A stretch of DNA of 64,000 nucleotides, taken from positions 6,076-70,075 of the forward strand of contig CAXBDI010000003.1 in NCBI GenBank assembly GCA_963974445.1. Reading direction: 5' to 3'. The notes beneath the pieces were generated by a model that was not told where the DNA came from, did no database searches, and saw nothing but the letters and a program-made list of their open reading frames with translations. Position 1 is the stretch's first letter, and each line of letters begins with the position of its first letter. The DNA is from an uncultured Alphaproteobacteria bacterium (lineage in GTDB: Bacteria; Pseudomonadota; Alphaproteobacteria; Bin95). A program made the position numbers and the translations under genes. This document shows positions 8,947 through 18,817 of the stretch, in pieces.

Positions 8947-10101
8947 TCACCCGGCAACCTCCGCATGGAACACCAGGTCGCCGGCGAGGGCCCCGGTGTC
9001 GGGCACGATGCCCAGGCCCGGACCTTCCGGCAGGGAGAATTGGCCAGCGGCGACGGCTTTAGTTTCCGGTACTAGGACCGAGCGTAGCGGGTTCGGGTTC
9101 GAATCGATCTCCAGCCGACCCGTGCCGCCGACCGCCGCCAGCACATGCGCCGAGGCGATCTGGCCGATGCCGCCGGCCAGCCAATGCGGGCAGTAGCGCT
9201 TGCCCGCCGCAGTCGCTTGCCGGCCGATGGTGAAGGACTGGGTGACGCCGCCCCATTTGCCGACATCCGGCTGCGCCACGTCGAGCCAGGCCAGAGCCGC
9301 CTCGAACGCGGCAAGGCCACGGATGTTTTCGCCGCCGGCGAGCGGCATGTGCATGGCGGCGCGCAGGCGTCGCCAGTCTGCCGGCGCCTCGTCGACCGGC
9401 ATCGGCTCCTCCAGCCATTCCAGATCGAAGTCGCGCAACACCGCCGCCATCAAAGCGGCTTGTGCCGGGTCCCATTTCTGATTGGCATCGACCATCAGCG
9501 CCTCGGTCCCGGCCACCTGATCGCGGGCGGCCGTGAGACAGAAGATGTCGTGCTCCCGTCCGAACCCGACCTTGACCTTGAACGCCTGGAAGCCCTCGGC
9601 CTGGCAACGGGCGATGGTCTCGTCTGCGCCGCCGGGGTTGATGCCGCTCGCATAACACGGCACGGCGGCGGTCCTGCACTGAGGGTTGAGCAACCGGCGC
9701 ACCGGCAGTCCCGCCTTGCGCCCGGCCAGATCCCATAGGGCCATGTCGATACCGCAACAGATGGCGGCGAAGGGCCCGGGCTCGCCGCTTTGCAGGGCGA
9801 GCAGCCGCGTCAACGCCGCGGTCTCGTTGAAGAAATCGGCGACGCTCCGGACTTCGCGCCCTAGAAGCGCCGGCAGTACCGCCTCAACTGCCAACTGGGC
9901 GCGGTACTCGGGCGTCGGTGCCGGGAAGTTGCCCCAAATGTCACCCCACCCGACTGCGCCGTCGCTATCCTCGATGCGGATGCTGGCGGTCGCCCGCGAA
10001 TCCTGGTTGCCGAAACTGTTCTGCACCGGCTCGGCGATGGCGACCCGCCAGACGAACACCTCGAATTTGGCCAGTCGGAAAGGCGGATAGGTTTGAGACA
10101 T
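8947..10101 (-). CDS. Enolase-superfamily enzyme (mandelate racemase / muconate lactonizing enzyme family)
   Basis: MR/MLE-like N-terminal capping and barrel domains (e.g. KVKVG..., LEEP). Internal ATG at 10101 has an AGGAC RBS. The longer ORF to 10176 is less likely. Confidence 0.7.
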   Translation of the reverse strand: MSQTYPPFRLAKFEVFVWRVAIAEPVQNSFGNQDSRATASIRIEDSDGAVGWGDIWGNFPAPTPEYRAQLAVEAVLPALLGREVRSVADFFNETAALTRLLALQSGEPGPFAAICCGIDMALWDLAGRKAGLPVRRLLNPQCRTAAVPCYASGINPGGADETIARCQAEGFQAFKVKVGFGREHDIFCLTAARDQVAGTEALMVDANQKWDPAQAALMAAVLRDFDLEWLEEPMPVDEAPADWRRLRAAMHMPLAGGENIRGLAAFEAALAWLDVAQPDVGKWGGVTQSFTIGRQATAAGKRYCPHWLAGGIGQIASAHVLAAVGGTGRLEIDSNPNPLRSVLVPETKAVAAGQFSLPEGPGLGIVPDTGALAGDLVFHAEVAG

Positions 10102-10332
10102 GGCGACAGCGGTCCTTGCATTTGCTGCGAAAGCGACAGTCTGGCAAGCGGACTGCGGTCCCGCCAGTGCCGGCATTTACGCGACGACAATAGGAATCCA
10201 TAGACAAGAACATAATGTCAACACAATTGTTCCTTAATTGTTCTTTTTCTGAAATGCGAATTTACCCGCAAGCGTGTCGCGTTGACTCCGAGGGCGACCG
10301 GCCCCCACCTACAGACCTGATTAGTATTTTCG

Positions 10333-12702
10333 ATGCGAGGCGGGATGGCGCGTGTAGCTCGCTGGATCGGCAGAGGGTTGCTGGCCCTTCTGGTCCTGAC
10401 GATTTTAGCGGTTGCGGGCTTGATGCTGTGGCTTCGAAGCTCGGTGCCGCAATTGGATGGCGAGCGCGCGCTGGCGGGGTTGGAAGCGCCCGTGCTGGTG
10501 GTGCGTGACGCCCAGGGCATCCCGCACATCCGGGCGGAGAGTTGGGCCGACGCCCAGCGCACTTTGGGCTTTCTGCATGCTCAGGACCGCCTGTTCCAAA
10601 TGGAAATGAGCCGCCGCATCGCCCGCGGCCGGTTGGCGGAGATCGCCGGAAGCTCGGTCGCCAATCTGGATCGGCGGATGCGGACGTTCGGCCTGGCGCC
10701 GCTGGTGGAGGCGGACGCGAAGGCGCTGCCGCCGGAAGTCTTGCGCCTGTTTCAAGCCTATGCGGACGGCGTGAATGCGTTCCTGAAATCGCGGATGGGT
10801 GCGCTGCCGCCGGAATTTCTGGCGTTTCCCGATGCGCCAGAGCCCTGGACGCCGGCGGATTCCCTGCTCTGGCTGAAGCTGATGGGCCTGCAACTCACCG
10901 CCGACTGGAGCAGTGAGTTGCAGCGCGCGTCCCTGGCCGAGGTGCTGTCGCCAGACCAGATTGCCGAGCTTTATCCGGACCTTGAAGGGCCGATAACCTT
11001 AGGCGAACTGCCGCCGCCGGACGCGGTTCGATACGCCCTGGACCTGGCCGGCGTGGTCGAGGAGGGGGCAGGCTCCAATCTTTGGCTGTTTAGCGGCGAG
11101 CGCACCGATACGGGCAAGCCGATCCTCGCCAACGACCCGCATTTGGGCTTCAGCGTACCGAACGTCTGGTATCTGGTGCGGATCGAAACGCCGGACGGCA
11201 TCGTCGCCGGCGCCAGTGCGCCAGGCTTTCCGCTGGTGGTGCTGGGCCATAACGGTAAGGTCGCCTGGGGCTTGACCAATGCTTATGGCGATACGTCCGA
11301 CGTCTTCGTCGAGCGCGTCGACCCGTCGGACCCGAGCCGCTACCAGACGCCCGACGGCACCGCCGCGTTCGAGACGCGGGAAGAGGTTATCGACGTGCGC
11401 TTCGGCGAGCCGCAAGCGATGACGGTGCGGACCAGCCGGCACGGCCCCGTCATCTCCGACGTCCCGGATCGAAATGGCCGGGTGCCGGTCGCCGACGGCA
11501 CGGTGCTGGCCCTCGCCCACACGGCGTTGCTGCCGGGCGATGGCACGGCACTGGCGCTTCTGAACGCGCAGCGGGCCGAAACGGTGGCTGAAGCGATGGA
11601 GGCGATGCGGACGATCCAAGGGCCGCAACAGAACGTCGCCATCGCCGACGCCTCCGGCACGATTGGTTTGATCGCACCTGCACTGGTGCCGCTGCGCAAG
11701 CAGCCATCGAGCCCACTGCCGGTCCCCGGTTGGGATGGCGACCACGACTGGACCGGGTTTATTCCCTTCGAGGAACTGCCCCGGATAACGAACCCGCCGA
11801 GCGGACGATTGGTCAACGCCAACAACAAACTCGTCGGCCCGGATTATCCTTACGATCTGGGTGACGCCTGGGCATCGCCATTGCGGGCGGAGGCGATTAT
11901 CGAGGCGCTGGACCGCGAGGCGCCGCATACGGTCGCGCATTCGGTGCGGGTGCAGACGGATGTAACGTCGGTTTCGGCCCGCAAGCTGCTGGCCCTGGTC
12001 GACTGGAACCGTATCGGAGACGCACTGCCGGCCGACCTGGCGGCGGCGATGCAGCGATGGGACGCTCAGATGGCGCCAGACCAGCCGGAGCCGCTACTCT
12101 ACTATGCTTGGCACCGCGCGCTGCTGCGGGTGCTGTACGCCGACGAGTTGGGCGCGCAGTTTCAGACCGTCAATTCCAACGATGCTGCCCGGCTGCTGCA
12201 CACCCTGACCGCGGCCCGCCACTGGTGCGACGACGTGACGACCGACGCGGTGGAAGACTGCGATGCGGCGATTGCCAAGGCATTCGGCGACGCTTTCACT
12301 TTGCTGACCGAGCGGTTCGGTGACGATTGGCGCGATTGGCGGTGGGGCGAGGCGCATCAGGCGCGGTTCCGCCACATGCTGTTCGGCTTCATCCCGGTGC
12401 TGCGCGATATTTTCGACGTTTCGGTCCCGCATGGCGGCGGCCGGGATACGCCGGATGCCGGCGTGATCAGCTTCGACGAGAAGACGCTGTTTCAACAGGT
12501 GCACGGCGCCGGTTTCCGGGCCGTCTACGATTTGGCGGACCTGAACCGATCCCGCTTCATGCAGGCAGTCGGGCAATCGGGCAACATTTACTCGCCCTAT
12601 TACGCCAACCTGCTGCCGCTTTGGGCCGAGGGCAAGACCTTGTCGCTGGCGCCGTTGACCGAGGGCGTCGAACATCGGCTGCACCTCGTGCCAGCGCCTT
12701 AG
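10333..12702 (+). CDS. Penicillin acylase family Ntn-hydrolase (possible N-acyl-homoserine lactone acylase)
   Basis: 789 aa. N-terminal TM/signal, SNLWLF nucleophile-serine context after the alpha subunit, NDPHLG motif. Confidence 0.8.
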   Translation: MRGGMARVARWIGRGLLALLVLTILAVAGLMLWLRSSVPQLDGERALAGLEAPVLVVRDAQGIPHIRAESWADAQRTLGFLHAQDRLFQMEMSRRIARGRLAEIAGSSVANLDRRMRTFGLAPLVEADAKALPPEVLRLFQAYADGVNAFLKSRMGALPPEFLAFPDAPEPWTPADSLLWLKLMGLQLTADWSSELQRASLAEVLSPDQIAELYPDLEGPITLGELPPPDAVRYALDLAGVVEEGAGSNLWLFSGERTDTGKPILANDPHLGFSVPNVWYLVRIETPDGIVAGASAPGFPLVVLGHNGKVAWGLTNAYGDTSDVFVERVDPSDPSRYQTPDGTAAFETREEVIDVRFGEPQAMTVRTSRHGPVISDVPDRNGRVPVADGTVLALAHTALLPGDGTALALLNAQRAETVAEAMEAMRTIQGPQQNVAIADASGTIGLIAPALVPLRKQPSSPLPVPGWDGDHDWTGFIPFEELPRITNPPSGRLVNANNKLVGPDYPYDLGDAWASPLRAEAIIEALDREAPHTVAHSVRVQTDVTSVSARKLLALVDWNRIGDALPADLAAAMQRWDAQMAPDQPEPLLYYAWHRALLRVLYADELGAQFQTVNSNDAARLLHTLTAARHWCDDVTTDAVEDCDAAIAKAFGDAFTLLTERFGDDWRDWRWGEAHQARFRHMLFGFIPVLRDIFDVSVPHGGGRDTPDAGVISFDEKTLFQQVHGAGFRAVYDLADLNRSRFMQAVGQSGNIYSPYYANLLPLWAEGKTLSLAPLTEGVEHRLHLVPAP

Positions 12703-12716
12703 TCATAGCGCTCTCG

Positions 12717-13166
12717 TCAAAAAGCCGAGCGGGCCGGCAGGTCGTAGAGAAGATGATCGACGCGCACCGCCAACCGGTCGTAGAGGGCGCAGGCGGCGGC
12801 GTTTTGCGGCAGAGTGCTCCAGCGCACCAAAGGCAAGCCCCGGCGCACGGCTTCGGCTTGCAGTGCGGCCAGCAGCGCGGCGCCTATGCCCTGACCCCTG
12901 GCCATACGATCAACATAAAGGTCGTCGAGGAACAGCGCCTCCGCTGCCGACAGCGGGCACGGAAACACGCGGAAATGCGCCAGGCCGATGGGCCGCTTGC
13001 CGACGTTGAGCGCGATCAGCCCCTCGACCGGATGCGCCGGGTCCTGCAGCCATGCCCATACGCGCTCGCGCATCGCCTTCGTTTGTGCGACTGACTGGCT
13101 GTCGGCGAAGGCCGCATAGAGTTGCGACCAGACCGCCCGATGTGCGCTTTGTACAGGTACGATCAT
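12717..13166 (-). CDS. GNAT family N-acetyltransferase
   Basis: RGQGIGAALLAAL motif A. Start ATG at 13166 (MIVPVQ...); longer in-frame starts at 13193 and 13274 are possible. Confidence 0.7.
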   Translation of the reverse strand: MIVPVQSAHRAVWSQLYAAFADSQSVAQTKAMRERVWAWLQDPAHPVEGLIALNVGKRPIGLAHFRVFPCPLSAAEALFLDDLYVDRMARGQGIGAALLAALQAEAVRRGLPLVRWSTLPQNAAACALYDRLAVRVDHLLYDLPARSAF

Positions 13167-13267
13167 GGCGGTCGGAGGGTCCGTAGAATGCATGGCGAGC
13201 GACTCTAGACCGGGTAGGGTAAACATTCGCTTGCGGTCCGCTTGTCGAAAAACCAGGAGAGGCCCGG

Positions 13268-14122
13268 ATGACAAATCGAATGCAAGGCAAGACAGTGATG
13301 GTGACCGGCGCCACCGACGGCATCGGCCTGGTGACGGCGCGCGTGCTGGCGGAGCAGGGCGCGCGCGTGCTGCTGGTCGGCCGCAATGAGCAGAAGGGCC
13401 GGCAGGCCATCGCCAGTATTCGCCAAACCGCGAGCGGCGCCGATCTCACCTTTCACCGCGCCGACCTCAGCCTGATGGCCGACATCCGGTGCCTGGTCCG
13501 CAATGTTATGGAGAGCGAGCCGCATCTGGATGTGCTGGTGAACAATGCCGGGGGCATTTTTCAGAACCGCAGCGAAACCGCCGAAGGGTTCGAGCGCACA
13601 TTCGCCCTCAACCATCTCAACTATTTCCTGCTGACCCACCTGTTGCTGGGTCCGCTGCGGCAGGCGCCGTCCGCGCGGATAGTCAACGTCGCCAGCCGGG
13701 CGCATGAGGGCGGCGTGCTGGATTTCGACGATTTGCAGATGCAGCGGAGGTACAACGGCTGGCGCGCCTACCGCACGTCAAAACTGGCTAACATCCTGTT
13801 TACCCGGGCTTTGGCCAAGCGGCTGGAGGGCTCCACGGTCACCGCCAACTCGTTGCATCCTGGCTTCGTGCGCACGCGGTTCGGCGGCGGCAACGCCGCG
13901 CCATTCCGTCTGGCGGTTCGCCTGGCTATGGCCGCGATGGCGATCGATGTCGAGGAGGGGGCGAAGACCTCGATCCATCTGGCCGCCTCGCCGGACGTCG
14001 AGGGGCAGAGCGGCGGCTATTATGTGAAGTCGGCTCCGGCGACGCCATCGGCCGCCGCTCAGGACGATGCCGCCGCCGAACGGCTCTGGCAGATCAGCGA
14101 GGCGATGGTCGCCGCGAAGTAA
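13268..14122 (+). CDS. SDR family oxidoreductase
   Basis: TGATDGIG cofactor motif and YRTSK catalytic motif. RBS AGGAGA. Confidence 0.85.
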   Translation: MTNRMQGKTVMVTGATDGIGLVTARVLAEQGARVLLVGRNEQKGRQAIASIRQTASGADLTFHRADLSLMADIRCLVRNVMESEPHLDVLVNNAGGIFQNRSETAEGFERTFALNHLNYFLLTHLLLGPLRQAPSARIVNVASRAHEGGVLDFDDLQMQRRYNGWRAYRTSKLANILFTRALAKRLEGSTVTANSLHPGFVRTRFGGGNAAPFRLAVRLAMAAMAIDVEEGAKTSIHLAASPDVEGQSGGYYVKSAPATPSAAAQDDAAAERLWQISEAMVAAK

Positions 14123-14130
14123 TTAGCCGG

Positions 14131-14445
14131 CTACTTCTGCTGCCAGCGTCCGCCGACCATCAGATAGGTGCCGTTCGGAACCTGTTTGTATATTTGCTGA
14201 CCGATCACGGTTTCGACCTGTGGCAGGGTAGAGCCGGTACGGGCGGCAATCGACTGGTACTCATCGCGGCGGGCGGCATTGACCTGGTTGACCAGCGCAG
14301 TGACCTCCGGTGTCGGTGTTTTGATGGGCGCAATATAGCCTTGCGGCGTCTCGCCGACCAGGCCGCGGCTGCGCGCTTCGGTCAAGTCCAAAGCGCTGGC
14401 TGGGGCCGCAAACAACAGCAGGAACAGGACAATTACATAGCGCAT
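14131..14445 (-). CDS. ydbL: YdbL-like periplasmic protein (DUF1318)
   Basis: 104 aa with a signal peptide. Its ATG overlaps the ynbE stop (ATGA). Terminal position in the ydbH-ynbE-ydbL arrangement. Confidence 0.65.
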   Translation of the reverse strand: MRYVIVLFLLLFAAPASALDLTEARSRGLVGETPQGYIAPIKTPTPEVTALVNQVNAARRDEYQSIAARTGSTLPQVETVIGQQIYKQVPNGTYLMVGGRWQQK

Positions 14446-14630
14446 CAGAACAGGTCCTTTCGCTCGCGCAACAGATCTTCGACTTCTCGTTCGATCTTGA
14501 TCCGAACTTCGCGTTCGATTTTTACATTCAAGTTGATGACAATCGGTTTGTCCGGCGCCTTGAGCTGAATCGTCGGCTCGCAGGCCGCCAACACCAATCC
14601 CGCCAGCAGTATCGATCCGCGAACCGTCAC
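14445..14630 (-). CDS. ynbE: YnbE-like small lipoprotein
   Basis: 61 aa with lipobox LVLAAC. GTG start overlaps the ydbH stop (GTGA). Contains an internal KIEREV duplication. Confidence 0.65.
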   Translation of the reverse strand: MTVRGSILLAGLVLAACEPTIQLKAPDKPIVINLNVKIEREVRIKIEREVEDLLRERKDLF

Positions 14631-17600
14631 CGGCTTTCCTCGGTCCAGGTATAGCTGGTGATGTTCGCCGTATCGTCGGCGGCATCGTTGAGGATTTGCC
14701 GCATCGGACCTTCCAGGTTGATATTGATCTCAATCGGCAACCGATCGAGCGTGACGCCATCGTAGGTCAAGGGTTGAGCGCTTTCGCCGGCAATATGCAA
14801 CTGAATTCGCAACTCTTCGGCGTCGCGCTCGTCCAGGCCGATGGCGACCTTGTCGAAGCGAAAATCCTTCAATGCCTGCACGAGTAAATCGGTTGCCTGA
14901 TTGGCTTTTTCAAGCGCATCGCCAATCCCGGCAGCGCTGTAGCGAATACGGCCGGGCCGCAGCGTCTCCAGCCGCGCGCCCTGAATCAGCATCTCGCCAT
15001 TGACCTGGACGATGGGGATTTGGCCGGAAAGCTCCCCCTCCGCCTTCAATTCCCCGAATTCGGCAAAGCGCAGCGCTTGCCCCAAATCGATGCCCTCGAC
15101 ATTAAGTACTGTGCCGAAACTGAGATTGACCGGGTCGAGTTGCAGCGGCGCGGCGCTGACCTGGCCGCCGAACAGGTCGAACTGCCGCAAATGGAGCCGG
15201 ATATCGTCGAGCGACTTCATCTCGAACTCGACGACTCCCAGAGTCAGTGGCACGCCCACATCCAGCTTGCCGATGGTGATACGCTGCGGGCCTGCCGTGA
15301 CCGGGGGAACCATATTGGCGAAGTCGATGGCGGCGATGGCATTGCGCAGCGTCAGCTCCGCTGTCTGCAAGTGCTCGAACGAGAAGGCCAGCGTGCCGGA
15401 TTGCCGGAGGCCGCGCGGCGTCCAACTGGCGCTGGCGTCCAGGGTGATTTGGGCGTTGGCGTCGAGGATCAGGCCCCTGGCCCCGGGAAACAGATCGGCC
15501 GGTTGCAATACGTTCGGCAGGAACAGCAGCGGCGCGTGAAAGCGGGCCTGACCGGTGCCTTTTTCCAGATAGTGCTCGCCCGTGACGGTGAAGGCGATCC
15601 GCTGCTTGAGATCGGCCAGCCGGCCGTTGAAGGCCAAGGCCTTACCCCTGTCGGTCACATCCAGTTGCAGGCGCATTGGCACCATGAACGGATTGGCCAC
15701 CGCGTGGCTGATACGCCCTATGGTTAGCCGGCCAGACCGGTTTTTCAGGCCCGAGCCGGCGGCGATATCGACCGTGATATCGCTCGCCAGAATGGGCGGG
15801 TTCGGCGTCGAAATCTGGCCGTCGCGAACCCGAATGCCGACCGCATGCGGCAGGATATCGATACTCAGCCCGTCGAGCCGGAATTTGGCTGACTCAGCGC
15901 CCCTTGGGGCTTCGCGCGCGGTGAACGCCCCGGCCACCCGGTCGAAATCCAGATTGCCGGTGAGTTCGCCGGAGGCGGCATCGAAGGCCAGATACTGCTC
16001 GCGGTCCTTGGCGAGGCGCACGACCGTCGGTCCGGTCATGCGAATTGTCCGTCCGCTGAGCCCCAACAGCCGCGCCTGGCCGCCGTTTTCGAACTCGGCA
16101 GAGAGCCGCTGGCCGGCCCACTGGACTTTTGCCCGCAGGTCGAGATCGCCCTGGGCAAAGTGGATCGCCGGGTCAGGGGAGCCGCCGGTGCGGCCGAAGA
16201 AAGCCAGCGTTGCCGATGCCGCGTCCGGCGTCGCGGTCAGGTTCTCGATCTGCAATTCGCCGCTGGCGCGCATCGCGCCGATCTGCGTGTCGACCAGCCG
16301 CAGGGTCAGCCGCGGGCTGGTGAGGACGGGGTCGCCCGCCGGTGGAAGCTCGACCGCGAACACGCCTTCCGTCAACAGGCCGAAGGCCGGATTGCCCAGG
16401 CGGACCGCCATGGAGCTCTCCAGGCTGTAGCTGCCGTCGGTGCGCCGCTGCACGCGGATTTCAGGGCTGCCGAGTGTCGGGCCGCCATAGGCGACGAACA
16501 CCGACTCTTCGACCAACGGCGCGAGCAGCGGCGGCAGCCGGTCGCGGACCTCGTCCGACAATGCCAGGCCGACGATGCGCAGCCCTTCGGGCAGGCGCAT
16601 GCGGATCTGGTCCTGTTGGGCCTGGCCAATGATCCGCCCGGAGACCTCTTCCATCGCAACCAGATCGCCCCAGCGCACGCCCCTCAGCGCCAGCGACATC
16701 AGACCATCCGCCGCCGCGAATTGTAGCGAAGCGGCGTTGGTTGCGATGTCGCCCTCGGTCCGCAACGACAGCGCTACCGTGGCCTCGCCCTGTCCGTAGA
16801 CCGGAAAGCCCGTGGCTCGGGCGAGCGGCGTCAGCCAGTCGATCTGCACGACGCCATTCATCGACAGGTGCGAGTCGGCGTCGCGTTGCAGCCGGATGTT
16901 GAACGGTTTTTCCTGGTCGGCGGTGGTGATCTTCGCCGCTAGATCGGCTGGCGTGCCGCTCAGATCGATGCGCGGCGCCGTCACCTGCCAGTCGGGGCCG
17001 GTAGCCTGTTGGGCTTGCAGAGTAGCTGTCAGAGACGGGCTGCCGGAGGTTGGCAACACCGCCTCCGCCTCGATGGCTACAGCGTCGAGGGCGACGCCGT
17101 CCGGCAGTTGCACGCGCTCCGGCGCCCATGAGAACTCAACCGTATGGGCGTCACCCATCGCGCCAGTAAGGCGGATCGGCCCGCTGGCGCTGGCGCCATT
17201 ACCGGCGGCGACTAACCGGCCATCGATCGTGATCCGCCATGCGCCGCCCGCCCCGGGCGTTGCCGTAATCGTGAAGCCGGTCAATTCGACGTCGCCGGCG
17301 TCATGAGCAAGCGCGAGTTCGCCTCTGGCCTCAACCACCTCGCCGAAGCTCGCCCCCAGCGATGTGCGCGCGCTGACCGGCCCCGCCAAAGGGCTGTCGA
17401 CCGTGACTTCCGCATTTCGCAGCGTCAGGGCCGCCAGCGGGAAGCGCATCGGCTCGTCGGACGACTGAGTGTCGGTTGAGCCAAGCGGCAGGCCGTCTAT
17501 CGCGAGGTTGCCTTCCGCATCGACCCGCGCCCTAACCCGTGCGCCATCGATGCTGACGGTCTTGAGCTTGCCCTCGATCACGTCGAGAGCGTCGAAGGTG

Positions 17601-17821
17601 ACGACGATCCGGTCCGCCTGCACCGCATCGCTAAAGCGCACGTCACGCAAGACGATGCGGTCGATGCCGAGCGACTCCAGCGTCGCCTCACCGTCGTCGA
17701 TGCCAAGCGCCAGCATCGCCGGGTGCACCAGGAATTGCGCCCAGCTATCGGCCCATGCGCTGCTCGGCGCCAACCACAAAATGGCCAGAGCCAGGGTGCG
17801 GACGACGGCCAGGCGGTGCAT
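14627..17821 (-). CDS. ydbH: YdbH-like AsmA-family large envelope protein (putative intermembrane lipid-transport protein)
   Basis: 1064 aa with an N-terminal signal/anchor. Called mainly from the conserved ydbH-ynbE-ydbL operon context and its size. Sequence similarity was not verified. Confidence 0.55.
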   Translation of the reverse strand: MHRLAVVRTLALAILWLAPSSAWADSWAQFLVHPAMLALGIDDGEATLESLGIDRIVLRDVRFSDAVQADRIVVTFDALDVIEGKLKTVSIDGARVRARVDAEGNLAIDGLPLGSTDTQSSDEPMRFPLAALTLRNAEVTVDSPLAGPVSARTSLGASFGEVVEARGELALAHDAGDVELTGFTITATPGAGGAWRITIDGRLVAAGNGASASGPIRLTGAMGDAHTVEFSWAPERVQLPDGVALDAVAIEAEAVLPTSGSPSLTATLQAQQATGPDWQVTAPRIDLSGTPADLAAKITTADQEKPFNIRLQRDADSHLSMNGVVQIDWLTPLARATGFPVYGQGEATVALSLRTEGDIATNAASLQFAAADGLMSLALRGVRWGDLVAMEEVSGRIIGQAQQDQIRMRLPEGLRIVGLALSDEVRDRLPPLLAPLVEESVFVAYGGPTLGSPEIRVQRRTDGSYSLESSMAVRLGNPAFGLLTEGVFAVELPPAGDPVLTSPRLTLRLVDTQIGAMRASGELQIENLTATPDAASATLAFFGRTGGSPDPAIHFAQGDLDLRAKVQWAGQRLSAEFENGGQARLLGLSGRTIRMTGPTVVRLAKDREQYLAFDAASGELTGNLDFDRVAGAFTAREAPRGAESAKFRLDGLSIDILPHAVGIRVRDGQISTPNPPILASDITVDIAAGSGLKNRSGRLTIGRISHAVANPFMVPMRLQLDVTDRGKALAFNGRLADLKQRIAFTVTGEHYLEKGTGQARFHAPLLFLPNVLQPADLFPGARGLILDANAQITLDASASWTPRGLRQSGTLAFSFEHLQTAELTLRNAIAAIDFANMVPPVTAGPQRITIGKLDVGVPLTLGVVEFEMKSLDDIRLHLRQFDLFGGQVSAAPLQLDPVNLSFGTVLNVEGIDLGQALRFAEFGELKAEGELSGQIPIVQVNGEMLIQGARLETLRPGRIRYSAAGIGDALEKANQATDLLVQALKDFRFDKVAIGLDERDAEELRIQLHIAGESAQPLTYDGVTLDRLPIEININLEGPMRQILNDAADDTANITSYTWTEESR

Positions 17822-17838
17822 GGACGGTGATGGCGGGG

Positions 17839-18798
17839 CTACACCAATGGCATCACCTCTGCCGAGAAGCGCTCCATCCGCTCCAGCATCTCGGCGCGGT
17901 CGTTGCTCGTGACGTTGACGATCATAATCTGCATGCCGGCGTCGGCAAAGGCGCGCACGTCGCCGGCCCGCTGCTCCGCCGTGCCGGTCATGGCGATGCG
18001 GGCGCCGTCCATTTGCTTGGCCGTTTCGGAGTGATAGGCGCTGTTGTAGGCGAGGCCCACCGCATCCGGGTCGCGGCCGGCCTCGGCCACCGCCTGCTTC
18101 ACCCGCTGCGAGCGCTCACGGTAGGCATCGGCGGAGGCGAGGCGGAATTTCGGGTTGGAGGAGAACGGGTACCAGACATCGCCCACCGCCGCCACGCGCC
18201 GCATCGCCGGCCCGCTCTCGCCACCGATCCACAGCGGCGGGTGCGGTTTCTGCACGGGCTTCGGGTCGAAGATGATGTCGCGGAACTTCACGAACTCGCC
18301 GTCGTAGGATGGGTTTTCCTGGGTCCACAACGCCTTCATCGCACCGATATATTCATCGGTGACCTGACCGCGCTTCTCGAAGGGCGCGATGCCGAGAGCC
18401 TCGAACTCCTCCCGCATCCAGCCGGTGCCGCAGCCGATAGAGATGCGGCCGCCGGACAGCACGTCCATGGTTGCAATCGACTTGGCCATGAACAGCGGGT
18501 TGCGGTGCGGCACGACGACGACGGAAGACAGCAGGCGCAGCGTCTTGGTCGCCGCCGCCAGCCAGGCCAGCAGCGTGAATTGCTCCATGCAGTCGCCATT
18601 GCCATCGGCGGTCCACGGGAAATCACCGGTTTCGGAGTACGGATACTTGGCATCGATGGAGCGCGGGCAGAGGATGTGGTCAGACACGGTCAGATAGCTG
18701 AAGCCCAGCCGCTCCGCCGCCTCGGCAATGGCGCGGATATCGGCGGGATTGGAGAGCGGGCCGCGGGATGGGGCGCTGAGTCCGAATTGCATGGGCAT
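17839..18798 (-). CDS. LLM-class flavin-dependent oxidoreductase (second paralog)
   Basis: Starts MPMQFGLSAP.... RBS AGGGAGA. Ends 18 nt upstream of the ydbH start. Confidence 0.75.
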   Translation of the reverse strand: MPMQFGLSAPSRGPLSNPADIRAIAEAAERLGFSYLTVSDHILCPRSIDAKYPYSETGDFPWTADGNGDCMEQFTLLAWLAAATKTLRLLSSVVVVPHRNPLFMAKSIATMDVLSGGRISIGCGTGWMREEFEALGIAPFEKRGQVTDEYIGAMKALWTQENPSYDGEFVKFRDIIFDPKPVQKPHPPLWIGGESGPAMRRVAAVGDVWYPFSSNPKFRLASADAYRERSQRVKQAVAEAGRDPDAVGLAYNSAYHSETAKQMDGARIAMTGTAEQRAGDVRAFADAGMQIMIVNVTSNDRAEMLERMERFSAEVMPLV

Positions 18799-18817
18799 TC
18801 TCCCTTGATGGTCGAGG

